A stretch of DNA of 64,000 nucleotides from an uncultured Myxococcales bacterium (GCA_903936705.1 CAIZWN010000005.1:123883-187882); one strand, 5' to 3'; shown: positions 20,229 through 30,962, counted from the first letter of the stretch. Numbers and translations are program-made. Notes: generated from the letters alone by a model not told the origin.

Positions 20229-22367
20229 ATGCACTCTGACCCGCCCCCAGGGAACGCCGGACGCCTGCTGCCGCAGAACGCCTATCGCAAGCTGGAGCCT
20301 GGCGAACAGTACCAGCCGATTGTCCCAGCGGCCAGCCGGATGGCCGAGACCACACCCTGGTCGATCGGCCTCGGCCTGCTGATGGTCGTCATCTTCTCGG
20401 CCGCCTGCGTATACATCGCCCTGCGCGCCGGCAGCGGCATCGAGGCCGCCATCCCCATCGCGGTAGCCGCCATATTCTTCGGCCGCATGCGTAAGACTCG
20501 CAGTACCATCCTCGAAAACGTCATCGTCCAGTCGGTCGGCCAGGCGTCGGGCGTGGTCGCGGCCGGTGCGGCCTTCGTCATCCCGGCACTGTACCTGAAC
20601 CAAGTGACACCCGCCTGGTGGCAGATCTTCCTGGCCTGTTTCATCGGCGGCGCCCTGGGCGTCGTGCTGATCATCCCGCTGCGCAAGTACTTCGTCGCCG
20701 AACGCCACGGTGAACTGCCATTCCCCGAGGCCACCGCCATCAACGAAATTCTGGTGTCCGGCGAGTCCTCGGGCGGCGGCGCAGGCAAGGTCCTGCTGGC
20801 GTCATTCGGCCTGGGCGCGGCCTACGATTTCGCTGTCGAGGTGGTCCACGCCTGGAACCCGGCATTGACCACGCGAACGCTGCTGGGCGACGCGGGCCAA
20901 TGGCTGTACGACTTCCGCGTCGAGATGAAGATGAACGCCATCGCGGCGCTGTTCGGGCTGGGCTATATCATCGGAGTGAAGTATGCCGCCATCATCATGG
21001 CCGGCAGCCTCCTTGCCTACACGGTAATGGTCCCGCTGGTCTTCCTGGTTGGCGGGCAGGCGGGCACGATCACGTCTGCCGGCGTCGTCTATACCGTTTC
21101 GCAAATGAGCGCCCAGGCGATATTCACGGCCTTCATCAAGCCCATCGCCATCGGCGCCATCGCCACGGCAGGCGTCATCGGGCTGATCCGCATGGGCCGA
21201 ATCATCGTCGGATCCGTCTCGCTGGGCTTCAAGGGCCTTGCCCACAAGGGTCTCGACGGCGCCCAGCGCACCGAACGTGATCTGCCCCCGTCGCAGGTCC
21301 TGTTGATCCAGCTTGGAGCCGTTCTCGCAATGGGCCTTTTGTTCTTCGTCGTCTGCATCGGGGCCGGCGGCTACGACATCGGCCAGGCCGCGCTGTACTC
21401 GGTTATCGGCATGCTGATCTCGTTCCTGCTGTGCTTCTTGTTCACGCCGGTGGCGGCCGAAGCCATCGCGATCGTCGGCACAAACCCGGTTTCCGGCATG
21501 ACTCTGGTCACCGTAGTCCTGGCCTCGCTGGTGATGACCGGCGTTGGCCTGTCGGGATCGACCGGCATCTTCGTTGCGCTGGTCATTGGCACCGCAGTCT
21601 ACACCGCACTGTCGGTCGCGGGCGGCCTGATCTCGGACTTCAAGGTCGGCTATTGGATCGGCGCCACCCCGCGCCGGCAGCAGGGATGGAAGTTCCTGGG
21701 CCTGTTCATCGCCGCGCTGGTGTGCGCGTTCGTCATCCCGGTCATGGACCAGGGATACCACTTCCTGGTCGAAAAGGGCGGCGTGATGGTCAGCAACGAG
21801 GACGTCCTGCCCGCGCCCCAGGCAAACATGATCGCGGCCGTCGTGCGCGGCCTGATGACCGGCGCCGAGCAGCCATACCTGCTGTACGGCCTGGGCGTCA
21901 TCATCAGCCTGCTGATCACGATGGCAGGCGTGCCAACGCTGGCCTTCGCGCTGGGCATGTACCTCCCCATCAGCATCAACTCGGTGATGCTGGCCGGCGG
22001 CGCTGTCGCGTGGCTGGTCGAACGTTCCGGAAAAACCCCTGAAGAACGCGAAGCCCGTACTGGCCAGGGCACACTGATCGCGTCAGGCATGATGGCCGGA
22101 GCAGCGATCATCGGCATCGTGTCAGCCGTACTGCGCCTGGACTGGACCTCCTATGCCATCAGGTTCCTCAGCGTGGGCATCGACTATGAAGTCGTCTCGA
22201 CGGCAGCCGGGGTAACGACCCTGAAGGAAACCCCAATGCCCTGGTACGAAGGCTTCACCGGCCAGGCGCTAAGCCTGGGCATGTTCGTCGCCCTGATCGT
22301 CGCAACCTACCTGCTGGCCCGCTGGGGCGCCGCAATGCAGCGCAAGGAATCCGGGGGGAAGAAGTAG
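20229..22367 (+). CDS. OPT family oligopeptide transporter
   Basis: EAAIPIA, ILENVIVQ, LPFPEA, NPVSGMT, APQAN motifs. Confidence 0.92.
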   Translation: MHSDPPPGNAGRLLPQNAYRKLEPGEQYQPIVPAASRMAETTPWSIGLGLLMVVIFSAACVYIALRAGSGIEAAIPIAVAAIFFGRMRKTRSTILENVIVQSVGQASGVVAAGAAFVIPALYLNQVTPAWWQIFLACFIGGALGVVLIIPLRKYFVAERHGELPFPEATAINEILVSGESSGGGAGKVLLASFGLGAAYDFAVEVVHAWNPALTTRTLLGDAGQWLYDFRVEMKMNAIAALFGLGYIIGVKYAAIIMAGSLLAYTVMVPLVFLVGGQAGTITSAGVVYTVSQMSAQAIFTAFIKPIAIGAIATAGVIGLIRMGRIIVGSVSLGFKGLAHKGLDGAQRTERDLPPSQVLLIQLGAVLAMGLLFFVVCIGAGGYDIGQAALYSVIGMLISFLLCFLFTPVAAEAIAIVGTNPVSGMTLVTVVLASLVMTGVGLSGSTGIFVALVIGTAVYTALSVAGGLISDFKVGYWIGATPRRQQGWKFLGLFIAALVCAFVIPVMDQGYHFLVEKGGVMVSNEDVLPAPQANMIAAVVRGLMTGAEQPYLLYGLGVIISLLITMAGVPTLAFALGMYLPISINSVMLAGGAVAWLVERSGKTPEEREARTGQGTLIASGMMAGAAIIGIVSAVLRLDWTSYAIRFLSVGIDYEVVSTAAGVTTLKETPMPWYEGFTGQALSLGMFVALIVATYLLARWGAAMQRKESGGKK

Positions 22368-22377
22368 GGGGTGCCCA

Positions 22378-22572
22378 GTGAGCGCGAAGGGACCGGACGT
22401 CTTTGCCCTGCGGGACGCGGTAGTCGGCGACTACCGGAAGTTCGCGACGTCGTTCACGACCATCTACGCGGACGACATCGTGGAGAAGCGGGACAGGAAG
22501 GCGTTCGGCTCGTACCGCACGAAGGATCTGATCCTGGCGGCCTACCAGCGCCTGGAGCGAGGTGCCACGTGA
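22378..22572 (+). pseudogene. Fusion scar: N-terminus of DEAD/DEAH defence helicase joined to C-terminus of type IIG/Eco57I-like methyltransferase
   Basis: DVFALRDAVVGDYRKFATSFTTI resembles helicase N-termini; IVEKRDRKAFGSYRTKDLILAAY resembles MTase C-termini (recalled family motifs). Confidence 0.6.
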
Positions 22573-24230
22573 CCAGTGAACTTGAGGGCCAGGTCATCGA
22601 TCGCAAATCCCTGCGCGTGGTGACTGGCAGAGCCGCCGACTTCCAGGCGCTGGCCAACGACTGCGTGTGCTTCGCCAACAGCGCCGGAGGTACCTTGCTC
22701 ATCGGGATCGAGGACGAGGAGACCCACCCACCGCCGGACCAGCGGGTGGACCCGGCCCTCCTCGACCGCATCCGCAAGCGCATCGGGGAACTGACCGTCA
22801 ACGTCCAGGTGCTCCCGGAACTGGCCAGGGACGACAACGGCGGCGATTACATCCTGCTCCAGATACCGCGGTCTATGGGCGTGGCTTCGACCAGCGACGG
22901 TCGTTACTTCCTGCGAGTCGGCGACACCTGCCGCCCGGTCACCGGCGATGATGTGCTCCGCCTCGCAGATGAACGCCCGTCCGTCCCCTGGGAAACGATG
23001 ACCTCGCTGGGTGCGAAGGTGTCCGAGGTCGACCCGGCACAGGTTGGCCGGTTGACCGCGCGGCTCCGCGCTTCGGACCGGGTCAAGGACTCCGTGAAGG
23101 AGAAGTCTGACGGCGAGCTACTTGAACACTACAGGCTGGCCACCTCGGATGTCATGACGAACCTGGGCATCCTGCTGGTGGGTCGGCCGGCCAACCGGGC
23201 CCGGCTGGGGACAGCGCCAATTGTCCAAGCGATCCGATACGACGACCGGGGCGTGAAGGTCGGCAAGTTCGTCTGGGACGACTACGAGTTGTCTCCCTTC
23301 GAGCTGATCGACGCGATCTGGGCCAGCGTCCCCGACTTCAGGGAGAGCTACGAGTTCCCGGACGGCATGTTCCGGACAGCCGTGCCGGCGTTCGACGAGG
23401 CCGTCGTTCGGGAATTGCTGGTGAATGCCCTGGTGCACCGGCCGTACACGCAGCGAGGCGACATCTTCCTGAATCTCCACCCCGACCGGATGGAGGTCGT
23501 GAACCCTGGCCGACTGCCGCTGGGCGTCACCCCTAAGAACATCCTACACGCGAGCCGGCGCCGTAACGATGGGCTGGCCCGCATGTTCCACGACCTGAAG
23601 CTGATGGAGCGCGAAGGCAGCGGGTTCGACCTGATGTACGAGAAGTTGCTTGGCAGCGGGCGGACCGCGCCAGTCGTCACGGAGGGAGTGGACTCCGTGC
23701 ACGTCACCATCCCCCGGCGACTCGTTCACCCTGGGACCATCCGGTTGCTGTCCGACACCGACCAAAGGTTCCAGTTGACGCGGAGGGAGAGGATCGTCCT
23801 CGCGCTGCTGGCACAGTCCGAGGGGCTCAAGGCGTCGGAATTCGTGGACCGTCTGGAGCTGAATGACACGGAGAACATTCGTTACTGGCTGGGCCGCCTG
23901 ACCGACCTGGGCCTGGTAAGGCAGGTCGGACGGACCCGGGCCACCCGGTACTTCGTGGAGCCGGGCGTCCTCAAAGCCGCCGGGCTGGACGCGGTAACCA
24001 CGCTGACCAGGGTTGAATCATACCGCGTACAGGCGCTAATCCTTGAGGACCTAGGGCGCTACCCCGACTCGGCCATCTCCGAGATTCATCGCAGGATCGG
24101 GTCGGAGATTCCGCTGCGTCTGGTCCGTCGCGCTCTTGCAAGCCTGCTCGACGATAAGCGGATCCTGCCCCTCGGGGACCGCCGTTGGCGCAAGTATCGG
24201 CCGGCACCGCCTATTGACCGGGAACGATGA
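22569..24230 (+). CDS. AlbA_2/Schlafen-like + HATPase_c_4 + wHTH protein (RecG-C-like regulator)
   Basis: CFANSAGGTLLIGI, RELLVNALVHR.Y, NPG, MEREGSG; GTG start overlaps the upstream TGA. Confidence 0.85.
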   Translation: MTSELEGQVIDRKSLRVVTGRAADFQALANDCVCFANSAGGTLLIGIEDEETHPPPDQRVDPALLDRIRKRIGELTVNVQVLPELARDDNGGDYILLQIPRSMGVASTSDGRYFLRVGDTCRPVTGDDVLRLADERPSVPWETMTSLGAKVSEVDPAQVGRLTARLRASDRVKDSVKEKSDGELLEHYRLATSDVMTNLGILLVGRPANRARLGTAPIVQAIRYDDRGVKVGKFVWDDYELSPFELIDAIWASVPDFRESYEFPDGMFRTAVPAFDEAVVRELLVNALVHRPYTQRGDIFLNLHPDRMEVVNPGRLPLGVTPKNILHASRRRNDGLARMFHDLKLMEREGSGFDLMYEKLLGSGRTAPVVTEGVDSVHVTIPRRLVHPGTIRLLSDTDQRFQLTRRERIVLALLAQSEGLKASEFVDRLELNDTENIRYWLGRLTDLGLVRQVGRTRATRYFVEPGVLKAAGLDAVTTLTRVESYRVQALILEDLGRYPDSAISEIHRRIGSEIPLRLVRRALASLLDDKRILPLGDRRWRKYRPAPPIDRER

Positions 24231-24385
24231 GAGTGTCCAATAGACGCGGTCAATGGAGCGGCAGACTTATTGAAAAGACTTGGTTTTCTATTGAAGCGTT
24301 TCCGGGCGAGTTGGTGGTCAATGGGCAGGACGTTCAATAGAAACCGTCCGATCGAAGGGAGTCCCACCGCACGACGGAGGTTGAG

Positions 24386-24619
24386 ATGATCCCGCCCCTG
24401 CCGCCGCTGAAGGTGACGCTGCTGGAGAAGGCCGCCGCGGACAACGGGTTCGATCTACCGCTGGCCCGGGACGCGAACTGGCTGGGGTTTGCCAAAACCC
24501 ATGCGCCCATGAAGTTGTTCTTGCTGGGCCTGGCTGCGCCGCTGAAGGTCCGAACCCTTTGCAAAAGCCATCGGAGCTACTTGCCGTGGCACCGAGAGCG
24601 GGTGTTCAAGGGGTCGTGA
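24386..24619 (+). pseudogene. HNH endonuclease with in-frame internal deletion
   Basis: LLEKAAADNGFD N-terminus joined directly to LLGL..PL.V..L...HRSYLPWHRERVF C-terminus; HNH core absent. Confidence 0.65.
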
Positions 24620-24688
24620 CGTCGAGGTCGGTTTCGACGTGCCAACTGGCACCCATCTAACGCCCCCTTCGTCCCTCGCATACAACCG

Positions 24689-25852
24689 CTAGTCCTTCCG
24701 GTCCTTGCCCCCCAGCCATCCCTGGCGGCGAAACCACCAAAGCATCGATCCGGCGGATCCTAGAATGAGCGTCCAGAAGAAGGGATAGCCATATCGCCAG
24801 GACAATTCCGGCATGTTGAAGGGCGAATCCTCGGCATGGAAATTCATGCCATAGACACTCGCCAGGAACGACAACGGCATGAACAGCGTGGCGATGATCG
24901 TCAGAACCTTCATGATGGCGTTCAGACGGTTTCCAACCGAGGACTGGAAAGCCTCCATCAGGCTGGAACCGATCTCGCGATACGTCTCGATCATGTCCAA
25001 CACCTGGACGGAATGGTCCAGGCAGTCTCGCAGGAAGTCGCGCGTGCCAGGCGTTATCAACGAGGAATCCTCGCGCAGCAGCGACGCCAGCGCGTCCCGC
25101 AGCGGCCACGTGGCTCGCCGCAGGGCCAACAGGTCTCGCTTGATCTGGTGAATCGCTGGGATGCACTCGTTGGATGGCCGGTCCAGGATCGAGTCCTCCA
25201 GGACGTCCATGCGTTCGCCGAAGGCCTCCAGCACCGGGAAGTACCCGTCCACCACGGCGTCCAGCAGCGCCCACGCAAGGTAGTCAGCGCCGCCGGCACG
25301 CAGGCGCGTTGCTCCAGCACGCAGACGATCCCGAACACTGGACAGGCAGTCACCTGGGCGCCGCTGCTGGAAGGTCAGCACGAATCCTGGCCCCAGAAAC
25401 ATCGACAACTGCTCGGATTCCAGACGATCCTGGGCGGCGAACAGCATTCGGGCGACAACGAACAGGTGCCCGTCATAGCGCTCGGCCTTCGGGCGCTGCG
25501 TGGGATTCAAGACGTCTTCCTGAGCCAGAATGTGCATGTCAAAAACGGACGCGATACGCTGGACGGTCGTGGCATCACCGACCCCATCGACATCGACCCA
25601 GGTAACGGGGCGACGGCCTCTCCAGGATGAGATCTCGTCTGGACTGGAAAGAACGGCTTCCTCGATCGCGTCGGGTCCATAACTGAAAACGCGGATGACC
25701 GGCGGCACGACAGGTTCCGGCACCGGACTTCCGGGCATAGCGGCGCCGGGAACCGCACTTGAGCCTCCCGACCCGATCGGAACCCCAGGCTCGGGTGGCG
25801 ACGCCCGTCGGTCCGGCAGCGCAAACCATCGGCGGTAGTGGCGAAGGTCCAT
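24689..25852 (-). CDS. corA: Magnesium/cobalt transporter
   Basis: QRPKAE, MKVLTII, YGMNF, MPEL.W.YGY motifs. Confidence 0.93.
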   Translation of the reverse strand: MDLRHYRRWFALPDRRASPPEPGVPIGSGGSSAVPGAAMPGSPVPEPVVPPVIRVFSYGPDAIEEAVLSSPDEISSWRGRRPVTWVDVDGVGDATTVQRIASVFDMHILAQEDVLNPTQRPKAERYDGHLFVVARMLFAAQDRLESEQLSMFLGPGFVLTFQQRRPGDCLSSVRDRLRAGATRLRAGGADYLAWALLDAVVDGYFPVLEAFGERMDVLEDSILDRPSNECIPAIHQIKRDLLALRRATWPLRDALASLLREDSSLITPGTRDFLRDCLDHSVQVLDMIETYREIGSSLMEAFQSSVGNRLNAIMKVLTIIATLFMPLSFLASVYGMNFHAEDSPFNMPELSWRYGYPFFWTLILGSAGSMLWWFRRQGWLGGKDRKD

Positions 25853-26028
25853 GTGTCGCCCCTGTAGGTTGGCGCGATCGTAGACCGGATCCACCCAGAC
25901 TATCCAGTGGACATGTATTCTCGGTCTTTCGACACGGCGTAATCAGGCCCCAGAACGTCAGGAAAGCACCGACTGACAGGAAATTCCAACTACTCCGCCG
26001 TCCGCACCAGGGTTTTGAATGCGCGGGT

Positions 26029-26811
26029 TCAAGAACCAACGAAGACGGGAGGTCGGCGCTTCAGGAAGGCTTCCATGCCTTCCTTCTGATCGACGGTGCC
26101 GAAAAGTGCCGAGAAGGCTTGCGCCTCTGCCTCAAGCGCATCGCGACAACAAACGTCGGTAGCGCCCAGCACCAGGCGTTTGGCCAGTGCCACGGCAAGC
26201 GGCGCTCGCGACGCGATCTTGCGCGCCAGTTCCATCGCCTGTGGCATCAGGTCGTCCGCCGGCAGCACCTTCTGGACCAGGCCCAGCCGCAGCGCCTCGG
26301 CAGCGGGATAGGTGTCACCACCCAGGATCCATTCCATTGCGGACTTTCGGCCAATCGCCCGGATCAGCCTTGCGGTGCCCCCGAAGCCCGGGATCACACC
26401 CAGCTTGACCTCTGGCTGACCGAACAGCGCGTTCTGCGCAGCGTAGACCACGTCGCAGGCTAGAACGAGTTCGCAGCCTCCCCCCAGCGCGAACCCGTTC
26501 ACCGCGGCAATCACCGGGATCGGCAGCGCCTCGAGATCGTCGAACGCCGCCTGCCCGTCGCGCGCAAATGTCACGGCTTCTTCGCGCGTCATCGCTGACA
26601 TCTCGGCGATGTCAGCCCCGGCCACAAAGCTTTTGGGCCCCGCGCCAGTGATGACCATGCAGCGACAGGAAGGTGTCGCGGATACCTCGGCAACAGCGGC
26701 CCTCAGCTCGGCCAGCACATTCCGATTCAACGCGTTTAGGACCTCCGGTCGCTGGATCGTCAGTGTCGCAACAGGTCCGTCGAACAGTAGGGTAAGTGTG
26801 TTGTAGGCCAT
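26029..26811 (-). CDS. Enoyl-CoA hydratase/crotonase
   Basis: FVAGADI, NGFALGGGCEL, GQPEVKLGVIPGFGGT. Confidence 0.92.
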   Translation of the reverse strand: MAYNTLTLLFDGPVATLTIQRPEVLNALNRNVLAELRAAVAEVSATPSCRCMVITGAGPKSFVAGADIAEMSAMTREEAVTFARDGQAAFDDLEALPIPVIAAVNGFALGGGCELVLACDVVYAAQNALFGQPEVKLGVIPGFGGTARLIRAIGRKSAMEWILGGDTYPAAEALRLGLVQKVLPADDLMPQAMELARKIASRAPLAVALAKRLVLGATDVCCRDALEAEAQAFSALFGTVDQKEGMEAFLKRRPPVFVGS

Positions 26812-26887
26812 GCCCAGCTCCGGCGATACAGTTGGACCAATCTTATCGTACTGTGGAGGGAGCGGGAAGCAGAATCACAGAGGCCTT

Positions 26888-27160
26888 TCAGTTCTGGCCT
26901 TGCCGCCGCACGAAGTACGTCATGACAACCCCATCTGCGTCAGTATCGGTCCAGGCTGCATAGCCCTTGCCTTCTGCCATGGCCACCAGCGGCGCCGGCA
27001 CAAAGGGCGTCACCAGCAGGAAGACCTCGTCTGGGCCCAGGTCGGCCAGCCCCTGCATTACCTGGGGCATCGGGTGGGCGCCCTGCCCCAACATGACTCG
27101 GGCGTCCAATGTCTGCGAGGGTTCTACGATCCAGTTCGGCCTGCCGCTAGTTGTAACCAC
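26888..27160 (-). CDS. DUF2249-like small protein
   Basis: LDAR.ML..G.HP and PFVPAPL motifs; typical partner of DUF438 genes. Confidence 0.65.
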   Translation of the reverse strand: MVTTSGRPNWIVEPSQTLDARVMLGQGAHPMPQVMQGLADLGPDEVFLLVTPFVPAPLVAMAEGKGYAAWTDTDADGVVMTYFVRRQGQN

Positions 27161-27169
27161 GTTTCCTCC

Positions 27170-28429
27170 TCAACCCTGTCCACCGGATGCCGCAGCGCCT
27201 TCCCAGGACAGAAGCCTGCGATCGCCCTGCAATTCCCGTTTCGCCGTTAGATCCTGGCTGACCTCCAGGGTCCCAAGGTACTTCCCTGCATCGTCACGCA
27301 ATGCCAGATATTCGATGTGAAGGAAGCGCCCCTTCATCGTCAGCCAGAACGCCGCGTTATCCTTCTGTCCGGCCTTGAATGCCGCCAGGATCTGCTCGAC
27401 CACGTGGACACTGTGGGGCGGGTGGCAGAATTGCACCTTGCGGCCCAGAATGGCGCGGTTGCGATCGAAAATGCGCTCCTTGCCCTGGGTGAAATACCTT
27501 ACGGTGTCGTCACTATCGACGAATGTCAGATCGAACGGAATCGTGTTCAGGATGGCCTGAAGTTCTGTTGGCGTGAACGCCCCGCTGGGCAATTGGATGC
27601 GCCCCTCATCAACCACCCTCGTCGCCGGCGCCGGCGAGAACCCTTCGGGCAACCAGACATCGGTCGGGTCGAACAGGCAATACCCGATCTCGTTGGACTG
27701 GCTGGCAATATCCATCCACTCGGCATCGTCCAGCGTATCCAGGCACATCGGCAGCAGGATTTGTTCCTCCTTGTCGATCATGCCCGAAAGCGCCTCGATG
27801 GCCGGCCGCAACAGCCGCGGCACCAGGGCGCGCGCCTCGTCCCCCTTCAGACCTACAGACGTCTCCAACGCCTGGATCGCGTTCTTCAGCAGTGCACGGG
27901 TCTCGTCGTGCTTGCCCCACATCACAGTTGGCGGCCCGGTGATTCCGTGCTTTTCCAGGTGCGGGAACAGCAGGTATTCCTTGCGACGGTAATGCTTGTC
28001 AACGTCCATCAGGGCGTTGAACCTGGCGCGAACCTGCTGCATCGGTTCCAAAACATCAGCATCGGCTGGCAAAGACTGCACCTCAACCAGGACACGTTCC
28101 AGATGCGTCAGTTCCCACTCGATGGCGCGATTCTCCTGCTGCATCGTGTGAACCGGATGTCCGGGCGGTGCCACCCCGGCGCCCTCCTGGCTGATGACGC
28201 CCTTCAACGCCGCGGTGTGGACATCGCACAGCCGCAAGACCTCGGCCATCGGCAGGCCTTCGGCGATCAACTCCTGTTCGACCTCCACGACCTCGCCGTA
28301 CGGCACATCGCCAAGCAGACGGGCAAGCATGGGCCTCACAGCCTCGGGAGCCTCCCCCCGGTGCAACTGGAGAATCATGTGTTTAAGCAGTTCCTTGCGC
28401 CGCTGGGCGTTGTTGATTAGTTCACTCAC
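27170..28429 (-). CDS. DUF438 + hemerythrin-like + PAS domain protein
   Basis: LCDVH, GHPVH, HY.RKE.LLFP, VMWGKHD, and PAS-like CHPP motif. Confidence 0.88.
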   Translation of the reverse strand: MSELINNAQRRKELLKHMILQLHRGEAPEAVRPMLARLLGDVPYGEVVEVEQELIAEGLPMAEVLRLCDVHTAALKGVISQEGAGVAPPGHPVHTMQQENRAIEWELTHLERVLVEVQSLPADADVLEPMQQVRARFNALMDVDKHYRRKEYLLFPHLEKHGITGPPTVMWGKHDETRALLKNAIQALETSVGLKGDEARALVPRLLRPAIEALSGMIDKEEQILLPMCLDTLDDAEWMDIASQSNEIGYCLFDPTDVWLPEGFSPAPATRVVDEGRIQLPSGAFTPTELQAILNTIPFDLTFVDSDDTVRYFTQGKERIFDRNRAILGRKVQFCHPPHSVHVVEQILAAFKAGQKDNAAFWLTMKGRFLHIEYLALRDDAGKYLGTLEVSQDLTAKRELQGDRRLLSWEGAAASGGQG

Positions 28430-28468
28430 GAGTTTGCCTCCCTGGCTTCGATTCCGGGTAAGAACCGA

Positions 28469-28485
28469 TGCAGGAGGCGTGCCAA
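28469..28485 (-). promoter_or_regulatory. Sigma-54 (-24/-12) promoter for the DUF438 operon
   Basis: Minus strand TTGGCACGCCTCCTGCA, GG-N10-GC. Confidence 0.8.
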
Positions 28486-28508
28486 TTTCAGAGTCGCAGT
28501 TCCGAATT

Positions 28509-30104
28509 TCACGAGCGCGGCAAACGATCCAGGCCGTGGCGCTTCAGCTTGCCCTGCAATGTCGTTGGCTTCAGCCCCAGCAGCGCGGCAGCGCCGCCAG
28601 TTCCGTAGACGCGGCCATCGCTGGCATCCAGCGCCCGCCCCAGAATCAAGCGAACCTCGTCATCCCAGCGACCCGGCGCCTTCGATGCCAACGACTCCCT
28701 ACCGGCCTCCCAAGCGTGTATCGGTCCGCCACCAGGCAGCCCCGCCAATACCGGCTGCCTCCCTGACGCATCGGGCAGGACCAACTCGGTACCCGAATGC
28801 AGGATCAGCGCACGTTCGATGAAGTTCTCCAGTTCCCGCACGTTACCCGGCCAATCGGCCCTCTCCAGTTCCAGCCACGCCTCCTCGGACACGCGAGGGA
28901 CACGCCTGCTCATCGCGGCCGACAGCCGCGCCAGAAAATGCAGCACCAGCGGGCGAATGTCCTCACGATGCTCGCGCAGCGGTGGCAGCAAAATCGGAAA
29001 GGTGCTCAGGCGGTAGTAAAGGTCCGAACGAAACGCCCCCTGGCCAACCAGTGCCTCCAGGGGCCGGTTCGTCGCAGCAACCACGCGCACGTCCACCTTC
29101 ACCGGCAGCGTCCCGCCCACCCTCTGAATCTCGTGGTCCTGCAGCACCCTCAGCAGCTTTACCTGCACCGGCATTGGCGCGTCACCGATCTCGTCCAGGA
29201 ACAACGTCCCCTGGTCAGCCTGCTCGATACGCCCAATCCGCCGCGCCGTCGCCCCCGTGAATGCCCCTTTTTCATGCCCGAAAAGTTCGCTTTCAATCAG
29301 CGTCTCGGGAATCGCGCCCACATTGACCGTGACGAATGGCCCTCCGAACCTGGCGCTGTACTCATGTATCAGGCGCGCAAGCCCTTCCTTGCCCGTACCC
29401 GTTTCGCCACGAATCAGAACCGTTGCATTCGAGGCGGCCACACGCCGCGCCTGGTCCAGCACCTGCCGCATCAGCGGACTGTCGGCCACGTATCGCGCCT
29501 CGCCGCCGGTCAAACGTATCTGGTCCCTCAGGATTGCGTTTTCCCTGCCCAGCAGACGGTTCAACCGGCGAACCTCCTCGACCATCAAGCTGTTGTGCAA
29601 GGCGATGGCCACCAGGCCGGCCACACGCGCAGCACCGTCCAGGCAACAGTCCAGCAGACCGTGGCTTGATAGATGCGCGATGTCCAATGTCCCCAGCACG
29701 TGGTCCTCGAATACCAACGGGAAGGACACCAGCGCCCCATAGCCGTCCAAAGCCAAAATCCGCTCTTCGCGGCATCTGGGATTCGCGGCATCCAGTTGTT
29801 CCAACACGTTGGCCCGACGCTCGCCAATGGCCGGACCGCAAACCGAGTCCGATATCGGAATGATCAGCCCTACCGCCAATTCCCTTTGCGATTTCGGGTC
29901 ATCGACGAACAGGATTTCAACGACATCGGGATGCTCGGGGACCCAACGATGAATCGACAGTCTGGTCAAACCGAAATATTTCCGCATCAACTCTGCGGTT
30001 CGCTGTACGACCACCTGAATATCCATGGTCGACAGGATCGCGTGCAATGCCTCGTCTACAAGCCCTTCTCGGTTCCGGTGACCGGGACAGTGTTTCCGCT
30101 GCAT
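28509..30104 (-). CDS. Sigma-54 enhancer-binding protein (GAF-AAA+-HTH, FhlA/NorR-like)
   Basis: [30 protein letters not shown]-terminal HTH. Confidence 0.93.
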   Translation of the reverse strand: MQRKHCPGHRNREGLVDEALHAILSTMDIQVVVQRTAELMRKYFGLTRLSIHRWVPEHPDVVEILFVDDPKSQRELAVGLIIPISDSVCGPAIGERRANVLEQLDAANPRCREERILALDGYGALVSFPLVFEDHVLGTLDIAHLSSHGLLDCCLDGAARVAGLVAIALHNSLMVEEVRRLNRLLGRENAILRDQIRLTGGEARYVADSPLMRQVLDQARRVAASNATVLIRGETGTGKEGLARLIHEYSARFGGPFVTVNVGAIPETLIESELFGHEKGAFTGATARRIGRIEQADQGTLFLDEIGDAPMPVQVKLLRVLQDHEIQRVGGTLPVKVDVRVVAATNRPLEALVGQGAFRSDLYYRLSTFPILLPPLREHREDIRPLVLHFLARLSAAMSRRVPRVSEEAWLELERADWPGNVRELENFIERALILHSGTELVLPDASGRQPVLAGLPGGGPIHAWEAGRESLASKAPGRWDDEVRLILGRALDASDGRVYGTGGAAALLGLKPTTLQGKLKRHGLDRLPRS

Positions 30105-30140
30105 GAATCACGACCTCGCTTGGTACAAGTCACGGGCTTG

Positions 30141-30198
30141 GCAACTAAATATAGTTACCACACCCAAATTTCGGTAATTGTAAACCATATTTCGGTTA
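30141..30198. promoter_or_regulatory. Candidate enhancer (UAS) array of three imperfect palindromes
   Basis: AACTAAATATAGTT, ACCCAAATTTCGGT, AACCATATTTCGGTT at about 20-21 bp spacing upstream of a sigma-54 promoter. Confidence 0.5.
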
Positions 30199-30236
30199 CT
30201 GCCACCACAGGACCCGCGTCTTCGCGCATTATCAAG

Positions 30237-30253
30237 TTGGCACGCCTCATGCT
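30237..30253 (+). promoter_or_regulatory. Sigma-54 (-24/-12) promoter for the hemerythrin-cupin operon
   Basis: TTGGCACGCCTCATGCT, GG-N10-GC. Confidence 0.8.
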
Positions 30254-30288
30254 CTTGTTCCCAATCGTTGACATCAAGGAGTTCCCCA

Positions 30289-30906
30289 ATGGACCCAATC
30301 GACGTACTGATGGACGAGCACCAGACGATCCTTGAAGTACTCGACGCCATGGACGGGTACGTGGCCAGGATCAATGACCAGGGGGCAGATCCGGCAGACC
30401 TTCGCAGTTTCACCGACTTCCTGCGTGGTTTTGCCGACACGTACCACCACGGCAAGGAGGAAGAGATCCTCTTTACGTCCCTGGTCGCGAACGGCTTCCC
30501 GCGAGACTCGGGGCCGATCGCGGTGATGCTGTACGAACACGAGGAGAGTCGAAAGAACGTAAGAGCACTGGTCCGACTTGCAGAACTCGCCGATCGACCC
30601 GCAGCCTGGGACGACGCCGAACGCATCAAAATTGCGACATATGCACGCAGCTATTCCTCCCTGCTGCGCTCGCACATCGAAAAGGAGGACCACATCCTGT
30701 ACCCAATGGCACGCCGCCACCTCCCGGCCCCACAGATGGAGGAAATTCGGTTAGAATTCGACAGTTTCGAGGAACAGCAAGGCACGACCGGACGACCTTC
30801 CGAGCTGAGGGCCTTGGCTGGTCGCCTGGTGTCGGCGTACGGCAGGACGGCCGGAAAGCTGGATGAGATTTCAGGTAAAGCGGCCGTCGCGGGCGCGGCG
30901 TCCTAA
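30289..30906 (+). CDS. Hemerythrin domain protein
   Basis: EH, HHGKEEEILF, EHE, HIEKEDHILYP motifs; AAGGAG RBS. Confidence 0.9.
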   Translation: MDPIDVLMDEHQTILEVLDAMDGYVARINDQGADPADLRSFTDFLRGFADTYHHGKEEEILFTSLVANGFPRDSGPIAVMLYEHEESRKNVRALVRLAELADRPAAWDDAERIKIATYARSYSSLLRSHIEKEDHILYPMARRHLPAPQMEEIRLEFDSFEEQQGTTGRPSELRALAGRLVSAYGRTAGKLDEISGKAAVAGAAS

Positions 30907-30962
30907 GGCGACGAAACACCGCAGAATCGACAGGAATCTTTTTGATGCAGGGAGGAAATCAC

